A stretch of 45,127 bases of DNA from Acutalibacteraceae bacterium (GTDB lineage: Bacteria; Bacillota; Clostridia; Oscillospirales; Acutalibacteraceae). The notes below the pieces were generated by a model. It had not been told where the DNA came from. It made no database searches and saw only the letters and a program-made list of their open reading frames with translations. Positions within the stretch are counted from its first letter, which is position 1; each line of letters begins with the position of its first letter. The DNA lies in the NCBI GenBank assembly GCA_045590575.1, contig JAZNRG010000155.1:1-45127 (forward strand), read 5' to 3'. The translations under genes were made by a program, and so were the position numbers. Shown here piece by piece: positions 20,201 through 27,681 of the stretch.

Positions 20201-22376
20201 AACCTTCATTCCCGCAACAGCAATTTATTACGAGGACACCTTCGACACCATAACCTATACGGACGGTAAAGTTGCCACAAACTATGACAACACCGCAAAT
20301 GAGTACGGTTTGTGGAAAACAGACGGCAAGCAGGCAACAACCCTCAAGCAGACTGCCGACCTTACGGACAGTGAGGCAAACCCCTACAGTTACGAAACAA
20401 ACTATATGTCATTCGCCGAATACAGCGGCGGCTCGATTCACTACGTTGACGTAAGTACAAAAAACAATCCCAGCTCCAAATTCAGCGGCGGAACGGGCGG
20501 TAAATGGCCCACAGTTGAATTCGATTTCACAGGTACGGGATTTGACCTTATCAGCATCACCGACTGCACAACGGGTGCGTTCAGCGTTATGGTCAAGAAC
20601 GATAAGGGCGCAGTTGTCAGAAATCATGTTATTGATACTTTCTACGGCTATAACTACGGCAGAATCTATGCCGATGCAAACGGACAGCCTTCGCTTGACA
20701 GCACTCTCACACCTATGTACAAGTCAGAAAACGGTGCGTGTACGGTTGATGAAAGATACTATGACGAAAACGGCAAAATCACCGATGCCGCTCATTATTA
20801 CGATACCGACGGCAGTGTTACCAAAGAAGTCCGTTATTATGATGAAAACGGTGCTGTTACCGATGTTGCTCATTATTATGATGCGGACGGCAACATAACC
20901 GAAACAGAAACAGAGGCTCCAACCTACGCTTGTTCTTATGCCTTTGCTTACGGCTGGGTTCTTGCCTCCGAAGGTTCGAAAGAAACTCTTTATCAGATTC
21001 CCGTCATAAAGATAGAAAATCTTGAATACGGCAGCTACAGTGTTGTAATAACGCCCACATTCACAAGTGCATTCCGTCATTCGTCCGTTGCAGAAGATGG
21101 CACTAATTACTACAGAGTATATCTTGATGCAATCAAAATCTATTCACCCGCAGGTGTTGAAGATGATATCAAAGATGCTGACGTAAAGAAAGCATATTCA
21201 ACCGATGATGAGCTTTACCCGAGCTATCTCGAACTCAAAAATATGCTTATCGGTGCAGATTCACTCTCTGAAACCGACACTCAGGGCATTATCTTCATCG
21301 ACGGTATCGCCGCTCTCGATAACGATATTGAAACCTATAAGAGCGCAGGTCCCAACAACGAACTTTATCTTGCAAAAGACCAGGCTGTTGCATTCGAAAT
21401 CTGGGCAACCTCTGTTCCCACAGATGTTCAGCTCGGAACCAAGCTTGCCTGCGGTGAGCCTGACCTCACGGTTTCATACGCATCAAAAACAACCGATATC
21501 GATATCAAAACGGCAACCGATATTTATTATTCGCTCAACACCGTTCTGCCGAACGATGCGAAGCTCACATGGAGGCAGGTAAAAGGCAGCGACGGTAAAA
21601 ACTATTACACAACGGGAACGGTTGTTATTCAGAACACGGGCACTGCTGACAGCGTTCTTTCAATAACCAATCTTAAATGGACATTCTCTCAGAACGGCGG
21701 CAAGGGATATTTCAGAATTCCTACTCCCGTTGAAGACGAAAACGTTACCGTATCATCAACTACGGGCACTCAGCAGGTTGCATATTCGCTTATGCGAATG
21801 AGAACTGCAGCTCTTGATGTTGAACAGATCGGCGAACCTGAGGTTGTTACCGACGAAAACGGCAGCAGCACAATCACGGTCAAACTCAGAACCGAGTCGG
21901 AAGTAACTTCTCTTGAAGTCTGCGACGAAAAAGGCAGACCTGTAAATCCGAAGAATGTTGAGTATTCTTCATCTCCCGTCGAGGGCGAAGATGCAATTGA
22001 ATGGACCGTAACAATCACAACCAACGAGTACGGCACTCACACCTACACGGTTGCAGGTGCTTATATGAACGGCTACACAGACTATTCAAAGTCAATAACC
22101 GTTAGCGTAACTATCGAAGCACCTCCTGCCGATGAGCCTTCGGATGATCCAACTGATAAACCCACCGATGATCCCACTGATGATCCGACAGACGATCCTA
22201 CTGATGATCCTACCGATGATCCGACAGACGAACCCACAGATAACCCCGCAGATGATCCTGCTGACGAACCGACAGACGATAAGAGCTGTCCGTTCTTCGA
22301 ATTCATCATCTGGGTTTATAACCAACTCATGAAACTTACCAAAGCAGTTTTGTCACTGCTCGGAATAAAAATCTGA
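14286..22376 (+). CDS. Giant (2696 aa) secreted GH2 beta-galactosidase-like multidomain protein
   Basis: Signal peptide; GH2 motifs LPHDFSI, RWYSGSGINR, LKGVSLHHDQG, WGVGNE and GEFVWTGFDYIGE. These are followed by duplicated beta-rich domains, a FIVAR-like segment, a fibro-slime/PA14-like GDDDVYVYIDG..LERG, PT repeats and an amphipathic tail. Confidence 0.9.
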   Translation: MKIAKKVLAVVLCTVMIASTMMNEGWSSVLQSIRASAVAGQEQSYNDARVELDFNKGWKFAFSEDSASYLKGFDDSGWEDVDLPHDFSISQGFSATGTEAESGNIPGGTGWYRKWFNLYEYYTGDCITIDFDGAYQHAYVYVNGQYVGENHYGYNSFSIEISDYLICSNTALNLIAVKVVNDIPSSRWYSGSGINRDVKLTIKGPVHVSLYGPQVTTPNIASGDGTAKAEVTMHNDTSISKKVTVETTILDDNHNVVGETVTSSLVTVPAESEYTVTLEPKVASPKLWSIDTPNLYKLKTVIKNEAGEIIDEYHTTFGYRYIKWDKDNGFSLNGELIKLKGVSLHHDQGALGAIQEYDAIYRQLSILKDMGCNAVRTTHNTTSRVLIDICNKLGILVMEEFFDGWDAEKNFNTNDFSVYFNETLKENNQLIGAKGQKWFEFVVEQTILRDRHDPCIIAWGVGNELYNITNDGVLSETANYENIVKSIVKIRDELDPDIFLVQGNNKSHAEPTVLVDGYMDITGANYSPADWAWLIGETDDFRASKPFVATEAASANNSRGVYYTMSKDDATHQCTAYDTYAVEWGEEAAEAWYYVATNDFFSGEFVWTGFDYIGETTPWMEWVGPNPNLVPNSSYFGIVDTAGFAKDSYYLYRSWWNEKDTTLHLVPGSWNDENLLLNNGYVNVAVYSNAKKIELLLNGNVIATATSTVTTTPAGYTYRTWTESITDSSKCSIGNFYTEAGANFYSQFSVKYEEGTLSVKAYDENGAEIADTVGSSKSVSGEATQIAVNTWQDRNTYVADGGEYIYLEFEARDADGNFMNDYNGTLSFKVDDQSARYAKIVGVDNGNPATTEKFQQPSVLKSDSEAEFKMFNGKALVILKTTEEEGTINFTAIASDNGTSFSTEGVTVTSVSETGIRLTDEFEEVVIQNGDEYEVTLFDEYEMVKHHINELEPPVNTGGDSISSDKFVIYQPSASATQYIPNGNYAISANKVLMSSEVFDGWAVSKSTDISDIDWASGSTYPYDSFDTIDSNVFTFTHVGNNKYYIQNNITKDYLTRNTYMVVLGSEPHAFTVDLNDDGSLMIYSEDPYPNYYIAQGYDPFEFKPQESDSAKIWLYSAPKKASDDTTEEEPAVPEKYVLKLVDSTLPNGEYVLNISNTVMSDEVYATWAVAADTAVTGVEWASADDPYKYLSLNTSADNIYEFTNRGGNKYYIQNKHTGEYLCVKDYCLWLGEDPFEFTVNVNNNGSIEISYTAANGTTYPIFREWEYYGFEQPYEDYNTTIWLYEPQYPESGDGDDTGDSGNVSGDYLERKALYDILHEGIEYDYSEYTRASYEALLEKLEAGVAVYKKADATKEELAAATAAIKAAIQGLKLDVKKIDGTLFKYGYNNSTGTADYSSGGILMNDIAVKQMKTAILANENILNQIKEIIGYNDASFGWTGTKADEVLEKAVELYAEIYTMQFTGVPYTGSPDRNGVSNSSYLYKDTTITPLTAWNIWTKANTHGATDPVGIHDGVSLQGLASSTLDDGVITSHSAYTSALSYANDGPEEGDSTMYDIEYYTYGFDTGSQYKEVTLEYLSGISVYFPDLFTKESLDVNGNATEATSGQFSKYYWDTEFPMFISTDEYGVNTYHYDSKDTQYLIQASFNDAEHKVNMELNDVGKWWVNGPNNGNGSGFFPFNYKQGTTNYNGEDAVYHYGFTFEHSFYIPKGGKHVNGEDVIFNFSGDDDVYVYIDGVLVLDNGGLHGARAANINFTECSINYQYAMDVADGQLKGGEYETTYSYNAYIEDPDATGYNADTIAAINKLHEVISDGEVHTLNFFYLERGASDSNCLISFNLSETSEEVKIIDQNLTLDYGLPVEYDITENNVISQAALDNGVEIEYLGICAVNIDYTPTYTFELPKIIIPFEDDVTYTIDGMKYGTCTIDNKGNVSYSLESTNMKESENFYVVAKITGDPTYAEEVVYYQVEKTTFIPATAIYYEDTFDTITYTDGKVATNYDNTANEYGLWKTDGKQATTLKQTADLTDSEANPYSYETNYMSFAEYSGGSIHYVDVSTKNNPSSKFSGGTGGKWPTVEFDFTGTGFDLISITDCTTGAFSVMVKNDKGAVVRNHVIDTFYGYNYGRIYADANGQPSLDSTLTPMYKSENGACTVDERYYDENGKITDAAHYYDTDGSVTKEVRYYDENGAVTDVAHYYDADGNITETETEAPTYACSYAFAYGWVLASEGSKETLYQIPVIKIENLEYGSYSVVITPTFTSAFRHSSVAEDGTNYYRVYLDAIKIYSPAGVEDDIKDADVKKAYSTDDELYPSYLELKNMLIGADSLSETDTQGIIFIDGIAALDNDIETYKSAGPNNELYLAKDQAVAFEIWATSVPTDVQLGTKLACGEPDLTVSYASKTTDIDIKTATDIYYSLNTVLPNDAKLTWRQVKGSDGKNYYTTGTVVIQNTGTADSVLSITNLKWTFSQNGGKGYFRIPTPVEDENVTVSSTTGTQQVAYSLMRMRTAALDVEQIGEPEVVTDENGSSTITVKLRTESEVTSLEVCDEKGRPVNPKNVEYSSSPVEGEDAIEWTVTITTNEYGTHTYTVAGAYMNGYTDYSKSITVSVTIEAPPADEPSDDPTDKPTDDPTDDPTDDPTDDPTDDPTDEPTDNPADDPADEPTDDKSCPFFEFIIWVYNQLMKLTKAVLSLLGIKI
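22130..22280 (+). repeat. 12-bp-period coding tandem repeat (DDPT/PT linker)
   Basis: Encodes DEPSDDPTDKPTDDPTDDPT...; copies differ at synonymous positions. Confidence 0.9.
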
Positions 22377-22403
22377 TGCTGTAAAAGGAGGTAGCGTAAA
22401 AAT

Positions 22404-22643
22404 TTGAAAAAGCCCTATATAAAACCCGCAATCGCTTTTGAAAGCCTCGCTATTACAGCAAACGTATCTTCGGGATGCGCCCTTCTTGCTACAAACAGTG
22501 CAGAATATTCCTGCCCCGTTATCGATGAGGAATCGGGATGGACCATTTTTTCCGATTACACCCTCTGTATGATAACCCCCACTCCCGATGACACAATCTG
22601 CTACGATATTCCGCTTGCCAACAGCAGCGTTTTCACATCGTAA
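22404..22643 (+). CDS. Putative RiPP precursor peptide (79 aa)
   Basis: AAGGAGG RBS with TTG start. Leader KKPYIKP (YxxP), Cys at 25/37/55/66, C-terminal VFTS. Lies upstream of radical SAM and PqqD genes. Confidence 0.75.
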   Translation: MKKPYIKPAIAFESLAITANVSSGCALLATNSAEYSCPVIDEESGWTIFSDYTLCMITPTPDDTICYDIPLANSSVFTS

Positions 22644-22657
22644 CCAAACTCTGAAAA

Positions 22658-22691
22658 GAAACGGAGTTCTTCATACCCAGAACTCCGTTTC
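22658..22691 (+). other. 13-bp perfect stem-loop directly after the precursor gene
   Basis: GAAACGGAGTTCT-tcataccc-AGAACTCCGTTTC; no long U-tract. Confidence 0.75.
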
Positions 22692-22707
22692 ATAAAAAGG
22701 TGTTTTT

Positions 22708-23376
22708 ATGAAAAAAAGATATATCGCAATCGGAGCCGTAATCCTGATTGCAGTTGCGTTGCTTGCTGTTGCAGTTATAAAACATCATTCGGATAAAAAC
22801 CAAGCCCTGACCGTCACAACCGTCGGCAATTTTGAAAAAGCTCAGCTCGGTGTTACCGTTGACGGCTGGCTGAAAATTATCGGAATCAATGAGTATAACG
22901 GAAGGCTTGCGGTTATCGCAGAAAACGTATCAGATACCGATGTTGAATACGCACTGCTTTCAGTTAAAACAAAAAGCGACACACTTACATTCAATATTTC
23001 CGCTCTGCTGAGCGGAACAAAAGCCGCACTTCTGTGTAACGAAGAGGTCGCAAGCGACCCCTCGGAAGTTTACACCGCATGGCAGATAAATGATATAATT
23101 ATCTTTGAAGAACCGCCCTCTATGAATGACGACAAATTTGAGCTTCAGATTCTGGACGGTTCGTTATCCGTCAGAAACATCTCAGGCAAGGATATAGAAT
23201 CCGATATATATGTTTATTATAAGGACAAAGACGACGATGTGGTCAACGGCAGTATAACATATAAATTCCGTGTTGAAGGCCTCAAAGCAGGCTCACAAAC
23301 TTTTGTGAAAGCACCGGAACTCAATGAAGATAACTGCCGGATTATATTCACTGATTATGATAACAACCAATTATAA
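22708..23376 (+). CDS. Hypothetical N-terminally anchored/secreted beta-rich protein
   Basis: MKKRYIAIGAVILIAVALLAVAV anchor followed by two strand-rich acidic modules. Confidence 0.75.
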   Translation: MKKRYIAIGAVILIAVALLAVAVIKHHSDKNQALTVTTVGNFEKAQLGVTVDGWLKIIGINEYNGRLAVIAENVSDTDVEYALLSVKTKSDTLTFNISALLSGTKAALLCNEEVASDPSEVYTAWQINDIIIFEEPPSMNDDKFELQILDGSLSVRNISGKDIESDIYVYYKDKDDDVVNGSITYKFRVEGLKAGSQTFVKAPELNEDNCRIIFTDYDNNQL

Positions 23377-24217
23377 AATCGGCAACTTCACCGCAGAAGT
23401 GAAGTCACGGATTCCTTTTCATAACACCAAGCCCTATTCACTTTTTGCCTGCAACACCGGGCAGAGCGATTTCAGCGTAAGCCTTGAATTCTCGTCTGTT
23501 CTTCCGTCCGGAATCGAAAGCCCGTATTATGAGGCACATGACAGAGTTTGCATTTATGAAAACGGAATTCTGAAATGCTGCTATATATCCCGCGATAATG
23601 AAGATGATTATTATGCCTGCCGCACGGTTGACGGCAAAAACATAAGCATCATCATCGATGAAAAATACAGCAATCTTCTACGCCCCGAAGTGGTGTTTTC
23701 GCTGATCGGCATCGAAGAGCTCGTTGCCGAAAGCGGCGGATGCATTCTTCATTCCTCGTTTATCGAAAAAGACGGCTGTGCAATTCTTTTTACGGGTCCT
23801 TGCGATATCGGCAAATCAACGCAGGCAAATCTGTGGAGAAAACACGCCGATGCCGTTGTGGTCAACGGCGACAAAACATTTATTTTTGAAAAAGACGGTA
23901 TCTTTTATGCCTCGGGAATGCCTTTTTCGGGGTCTTCAAAAGATTGCCTCAACAGAGTATTGCCATTGAAAGCCATAGTCAGGCTGCAGCAGGATAAATC
24001 AAATCACCTCTGCAGTCTCGACACAACCAAGGCTTTCTACAAACTTTATAAAAACTGTTACCCCGTGCCCTATTCACGGGAACTTACGGGCAGACTGATT
24101 GATTTTATTCAGCAGATAAGTCAAAATGTGCCCGTGTATGATTATGCCTGCCTTGCAGATGAAAGTGCGGTCAGGTATCTGGAGAGAGAATTATGCCCGC
24201 TGTTACAGAGCCTTTGA
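23357..24217 (+). CDS. HPr-kinase-like P-loop protein (lasso-kinase/SynChlorMet ScmC-like)
   Basis: ILHSS...AILFTGPCDIGKST...NGDK...PFSGSS. Start uncertain (23324 or 23357). Confidence 0.75.
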   Translation: MITTNYKIGNFTAEVKSRIPFHNTKPYSLFACNTGQSDFSVSLEFSSVLPSGIESPYYEAHDRVCIYENGILKCCYISRDNEDDYYACRTVDGKNISIIIDEKYSNLLRPEVVFSLIGIEELVAESGGCILHSSFIEKDGCAILFTGPCDIGKSTQANLWRKHADAVVVNGDKTFIFEKDGIFYASGMPFSGSSKDCLNRVLPLKAIVRLQQDKSNHLCSLDTTKAFYKLYKNCYPVPYSRELTGRLIDFIQQISQNVPVYDYACLADESAVRYLERELCPLLQSL

Positions 24218-25299
24218 TGGTCAAATATCTTCACGACAAAGGCATTCGTGAAGGCATACCCGTTTCCGGCACATTTGAGCTTACTCAGAGATGTAACTTC
24301 AACTGCGAAATGTGTTATGTTCACGACTGCATCAAGAAAACGGATTCTCTATCCGCAGAGAATTGGATTGAGCTTGCCCGTCAGGCAAAAGATGCGGGCA
24401 CTGTTTTCCTGCTCCTCACGGGCGGCGAGCCTTTGCTCCGCGAAGATTTTGAAGAAATTTACCGAGTTCTTTCAAAAATGGGCTTTCTTATTTCAATCAA
24501 CACAAACGGCAGTCTTATTGAAAAATATACAGAGCTTTTCAATGAGCTCCCCCCCACCCGCATAAATATTTCTCTCTACGGTGCGGATAATTCCGTATAT
24601 AAAAGACTTTGCCGTAATGATTCATTCGATAAGGTGATAAGCTCAATCAAAAAAATGAAAGACCTCGGCATAGCCCTGCGTCTTAACACTATTTTCACCC
24701 CCGAAAACATATCCGAATATAAAAAAATTGCGGATATTTCAAAAGAGCTTTCAATTCCCCTCAAACCAACCACATATACCTATCCGTCCGTCAGACTCGG
24801 CAGCGAAAACAAGGATTCGCGTTTTTCTCCCGAGGAAGCGGCAGAATACATTGCACTTATCGACGAATACCGTTTTGATAAGGATTTCTATCTTGAAAGG
24901 ACTAAGAACATAACTCTGCTCCCTAAAGGACCAACGGAAAACAAGGTTCGCTGCAGAGCAGGCAGAGCTTCTTTCTGGATAACCGCAGACGGCACTATGC
25001 TCCCTTGCGGTATGATGCCCGAACCCGCTGCAAAGCCTCTTGAAATCGGCTTTGAAAAAGCGTGGCAGGATATCAGGGCGGCAACGGATATGATAAGGCT
25101 TCCGGAAGAATGTCTTTCCTGCAGGTATTCGGGCATATGCAATGTGTGTGCGGCTATGTGCAAGGCGGAAACGGGTGATTTTGGCAAAGTGCCTCACTAT
25201 GTCTGCCGGATGACAAAGCATCTGTTTACCCTCGCAGAAAGGAGCACAAGCGAAAATGACAATCAAAAAAGAAATGATCCTGCGCAAAGTGGGGAATGA
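24193..25299 (+). CDS. Radical SAM/SPASM domain protein
   Basis: CNFNCEMC, TGGEPL and INTNG; SPASM CRAG..DG..PC..CLSC..IC.VC...C...C. Confidence 0.95.
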   Translation: MPAVTEPLMVKYLHDKGIREGIPVSGTFELTQRCNFNCEMCYVHDCIKKTDSLSAENWIELARQAKDAGTVFLLLTGGEPLLREDFEEIYRVLSKMGFLISINTNGSLIEKYTELFNELPPTRINISLYGADNSVYKRLCRNDSFDKVISSIKKMKDLGIALRLNTIFTPENISEYKKIADISKELSIPLKPTTYTYPSVRLGSENKDSRFSPEEAAEYIALIDEYRFDKDFYLERTKNITLLPKGPTENKVRCRAGRASFWITADGTMLPCGMMPEPAAKPLEIGFEKAWQDIRAATDMIRLPEECLSCRYSGICNVCAAMCKAETGDFGKVPHYVCRMTKHLFTLAERSTSENDNQKRNDPAQSGE

Positions 25300-25522
25300 T
25301 GTTATTCTCGTTCCCGTCGGCAATGCGCTGAAGGATCATAACGGCCTGTTTATGCTCACAGAGTCTGCCTGCTTTTTGTGGGAACATCTTACCGAATGCA
25401 ATTCGGTGCAGGAACTCGCAAAAAAACTCTTTGATGAATACGACGTTACAAAAGAACAGGCTCTCGCCGACACAAAGGAATTCCTCGGCATTCTTCTTAA
25501 ACTTGATATAATAGAAATATAA
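25256..25522 (+). CDS. PqqD-family RiPP recognition element (RRE)
   Basis: 88 aa, LRKVGNDVILVP...LTESACFLWEHL...EYDVTKEQALAD...FL..L. Confidence 0.9.
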   Translation: MTIKKEMILRKVGNDVILVPVGNALKDHNGLFMLTESACFLWEHLTECNSVQELAKKLFDEYDVTKEQALADTKEFLGILLKLDIIEI

Positions 25523-25535
25523 TTGGTATAGATAA

Positions 25536-25570
25536 AAAGCGTGCAGCTCAAACGAGTTGCACGCTTTCTT
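25536..25570. terminator. Bidirectional terminator between PqqD and recombinase
   Basis: AAAGCGTGCAGCTC-aaac-GAGTTGCACGCTTT flanked by A and T tracts. Confidence 0.85.
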
Positions 25571-27243
25571 TATGCCGTTTTGACGGTATCTTTATTGAGT
25601 TCAATATATTCGGTTATCTGTTCAAACGCATCTTTGCACTTAAGTCTGATTGTGATTCTTCCGCCTTCGTGAACAAGAATTTCTTCGATAAGCTCCGTAA
25701 CAACAGGCCTCGTGAGCTTGTTTATGTTGCCGAGCTTTGTGAATTCGCTGATGAATGAATTATTCTCCATTCCGTTTTCCTGCTCTTCAATTTTTTCTTT
25801 AACAGACTTTATTTTCTCATCAATCCCCTGAATTTTCATCTGAAACTCATTCTTCAGATTCATATATTCCTCTTTCGTGATATTCCCTCTTTTCCAATCG
25901 GGATACAGTTCAAGAATCATATTATTATGGAAATCTCTGTCTTTGAGATGCTTATCCAGGGCTTTTCTCAGAAGATCCGATTTATTTTTCTTTTTTTCGC
26001 TTGAATTTATGGCTTTTATGATTTCATCGTATTCGGTTGCAACCTCAACCATTTTCTGCAGAAAAACAAGCACTGCATTCTCGATTTTATCGATTCTGAT
26101 TGTGTGATTGGTACAGGCACCCTTGCTCATTTTTCTCGCTGTTGTGCATCGGTAATAATGATATTCTCCGTAGGAATGCTTGTTTGATTTCTTGCTCATT
26201 CCTCTGCGACAATCCGCACACTTCACAATTCCCGCAAACAGCTCAACATCCTTCTTCTGTGGAGAAGTTCTTGTGTTTCGGTTAAACAAAGCCTGCGCTT
26301 TATCGAATGTTTCTCTGTCAATTATGGCTTCGTGCGTACCTTCAACAACATACCATTCTTCTTTAGGCATAGCAACACACTGCTTGATTTTATAGCTGAG
26401 TTTCTGGTTTTTACCCTGAATCATATTACCAAGATACATCTCATTTTTAAGAATACGGCGAACAGAGCTTTCGGGCCACAAGCCGTCATTTATCTTCCCC
26501 GCAGGATGCTTATAATCAAAGCCTTTAAGTTTCTTATACATTGACGGATTCGGCACTGCCATTTCGTTAAGCTCACGGGTTATACCGAGAATGCTCATCC
26601 CCGAAACATACTTTCCGAATATCATTCTGACAATCTCTGCCGCCTCCTTATCAACAATCAGCTTGTGGCGGTCTTCGGGATCTTTCTGATACCCGTAGGT
26701 TGCAAACGAGCCGATAAACTGCCCGTTTATGCGCCTCATATTAAGCGTACCTCTGACGTTTACGGATGTTGCCGCAGAAACGCTTTCGTTGATAACATTG
26801 GTAACACCGATGGTTATGCACTGCGTAACGGCATTCATATTGTCCGAAGCCGTATCAACTGAATTGTTGACCGCAATAAGTCTGACGGAGTGACGCACAA
26901 AAAAATTCTCAATATAATAACCACCGTCGGCATAGTTTCTGCCGAATCTCGAGAGATCTTTAACAATAACGCACTTAACCCTGCCCGCCTCAATATCGCA
27001 TTTCATCCGTTCAAATCCCGGTCTGTCAAAATCCGTTCCCGTGCAGCCGTCATCTATATAAAAATCATAGAATTCAAGCTCGGGATGAAGTTTCAGGTAT
27101 TCTTTAAGTATTTCTTTCTGCGACAAAACAGAATCGCTCTCATCCTTGTCGCGGTCTTCTTTTGAAAGACGGATATAAAGAGCAGTCTTGCAAGGGGCGA
27201 AATTCCCATGAAGCTGCTCTGATACCATAGTATTTTTATGCAT
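25570..27243 (-). CDS. Large serine recombinase (resolvase + recombinase + Zn-ribbon + coiled coil)
   Basis: YIRLSKED catalytic Ser, DDG..GT..DRPG, VKDLSRFGRN, YGY, THEAII and CADC..YYRC..C. GGAGG RBS. Confidence 0.95.
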   Translation of the reverse strand: MHKNTMVSEQLHGNFAPCKTALYIRLSKEDRDKDESDSVLSQKEILKEYLKLHPELEFYDFYIDDGCTGTDFDRPGFERMKCDIEAGRVKCVIVKDLSRFGRNYADGGYYIENFFVRHSVRLIAVNNSVDTASDNMNAVTQCITIGVTNVINESVSAATSVNVRGTLNMRRINGQFIGSFATYGYQKDPEDRHKLIVDKEAAEIVRMIFGKYVSGMSILGITRELNEMAVPNPSMYKKLKGFDYKHPAGKINDGLWPESSVRRILKNEMYLGNMIQGKNQKLSYKIKQCVAMPKEEWYVVEGTHEAIIDRETFDKAQALFNRNTRTSPQKKDVELFAGIVKCADCRRGMSKKSNKHSYGEYHYYRCTTARKMSKGACTNHTIRIDKIENAVLVFLQKMVEVATEYDEIIKAINSSEKKKNKSDLLRKALDKHLKDRDFHNNMILELYPDWKRGNITKEEYMNLKNEFQMKIQGIDEKIKSVKEKIEEQENGMENNSFISEFTKLGNINKLTRPVVTELIEEILVHEGGRITIRLKCKDAFEQITEYIELNKDTVKTA

Positions 27244-27291
27244 AGTCAAGCTGCCTCCGTTTTTCCGGCGGCACAGTTATCATACGGCTAT

Positions 27292-27320
27292 ATTATACTG
27301 CACCGCTTTTTGAATTTCAA
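27292..27320 (-). promoter_or_regulatory. Sigma-A-like promoter for the recombinase, overlapping the upstream gene's stop
   Basis: TTGAAA(27320-27315)-17-TATAAT(27297-27292). Confidence 0.55.
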
Positions 27321-27604
27321 CTTGTAATATATCCCGCCGAAATAACATCCGCCAGCATTTCCGAAAAATCCTTTCCGCCTCCGAATTCAACTTTAACAAC
27401 GGTACTGTCAACCCTGAAAAGATAAGGATTACCGACCTGTGCAATAAAATCGTCTGCGCGCTGTTTCTTCGCGGTATTTCGGTTAACCTCTGTTCTTTTC
27501 AGATCAACAAGTTCATCGGCGTTGCAGGTCAGAATATCGGCATTTCTGAGCATTTTAAGATCATTCACCGTCAAATCACTCCTTGTGAAGTGATTTTTGG
27601 CCAA
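27317..27604 (-). CDS. Small recombinase-associated protein (DUF6870-like)
   Basis: ELVDL...FIAQVGNPYLFRV..TVVKVEF; directly upstream of the serine recombinase. Confidence 0.75.
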   Translation of the reverse strand: MAKNHFTRSDLTVNDLKMLRNADILTCNADELVDLKRTEVNRNTAKKQRADDFIAQVGNPYLFRVDSTVVKVEFGGGKDFSEMLADVISAGYITS

Positions 27605-27681
27605 TCTTCCTCTTCTTATTCGTGATAATTATTCTGTATCAAATCCGTTAATCAATTTATCGCTCCTTTCGGTAAGTTTTC

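Noticed and set aside
22130-22280. Regular short repeats as a possible CRISPR array
   Set aside because: These are in-frame 12-bp coding repeats without spacers, and no cas genes are present.
22404-25522. Classical lasso peptide or PQQ biosynthesis cluster
   Set aside because: No asparagine-synthetase-like cyclase, no transglutaminase-like B2 peptidase, and no pqqB/C or ExxxY precursor in the window.
25570-27604. Prophage or conjugative element
   Set aside because: No phage structural, relaxase or type IV secretion genes in the window.
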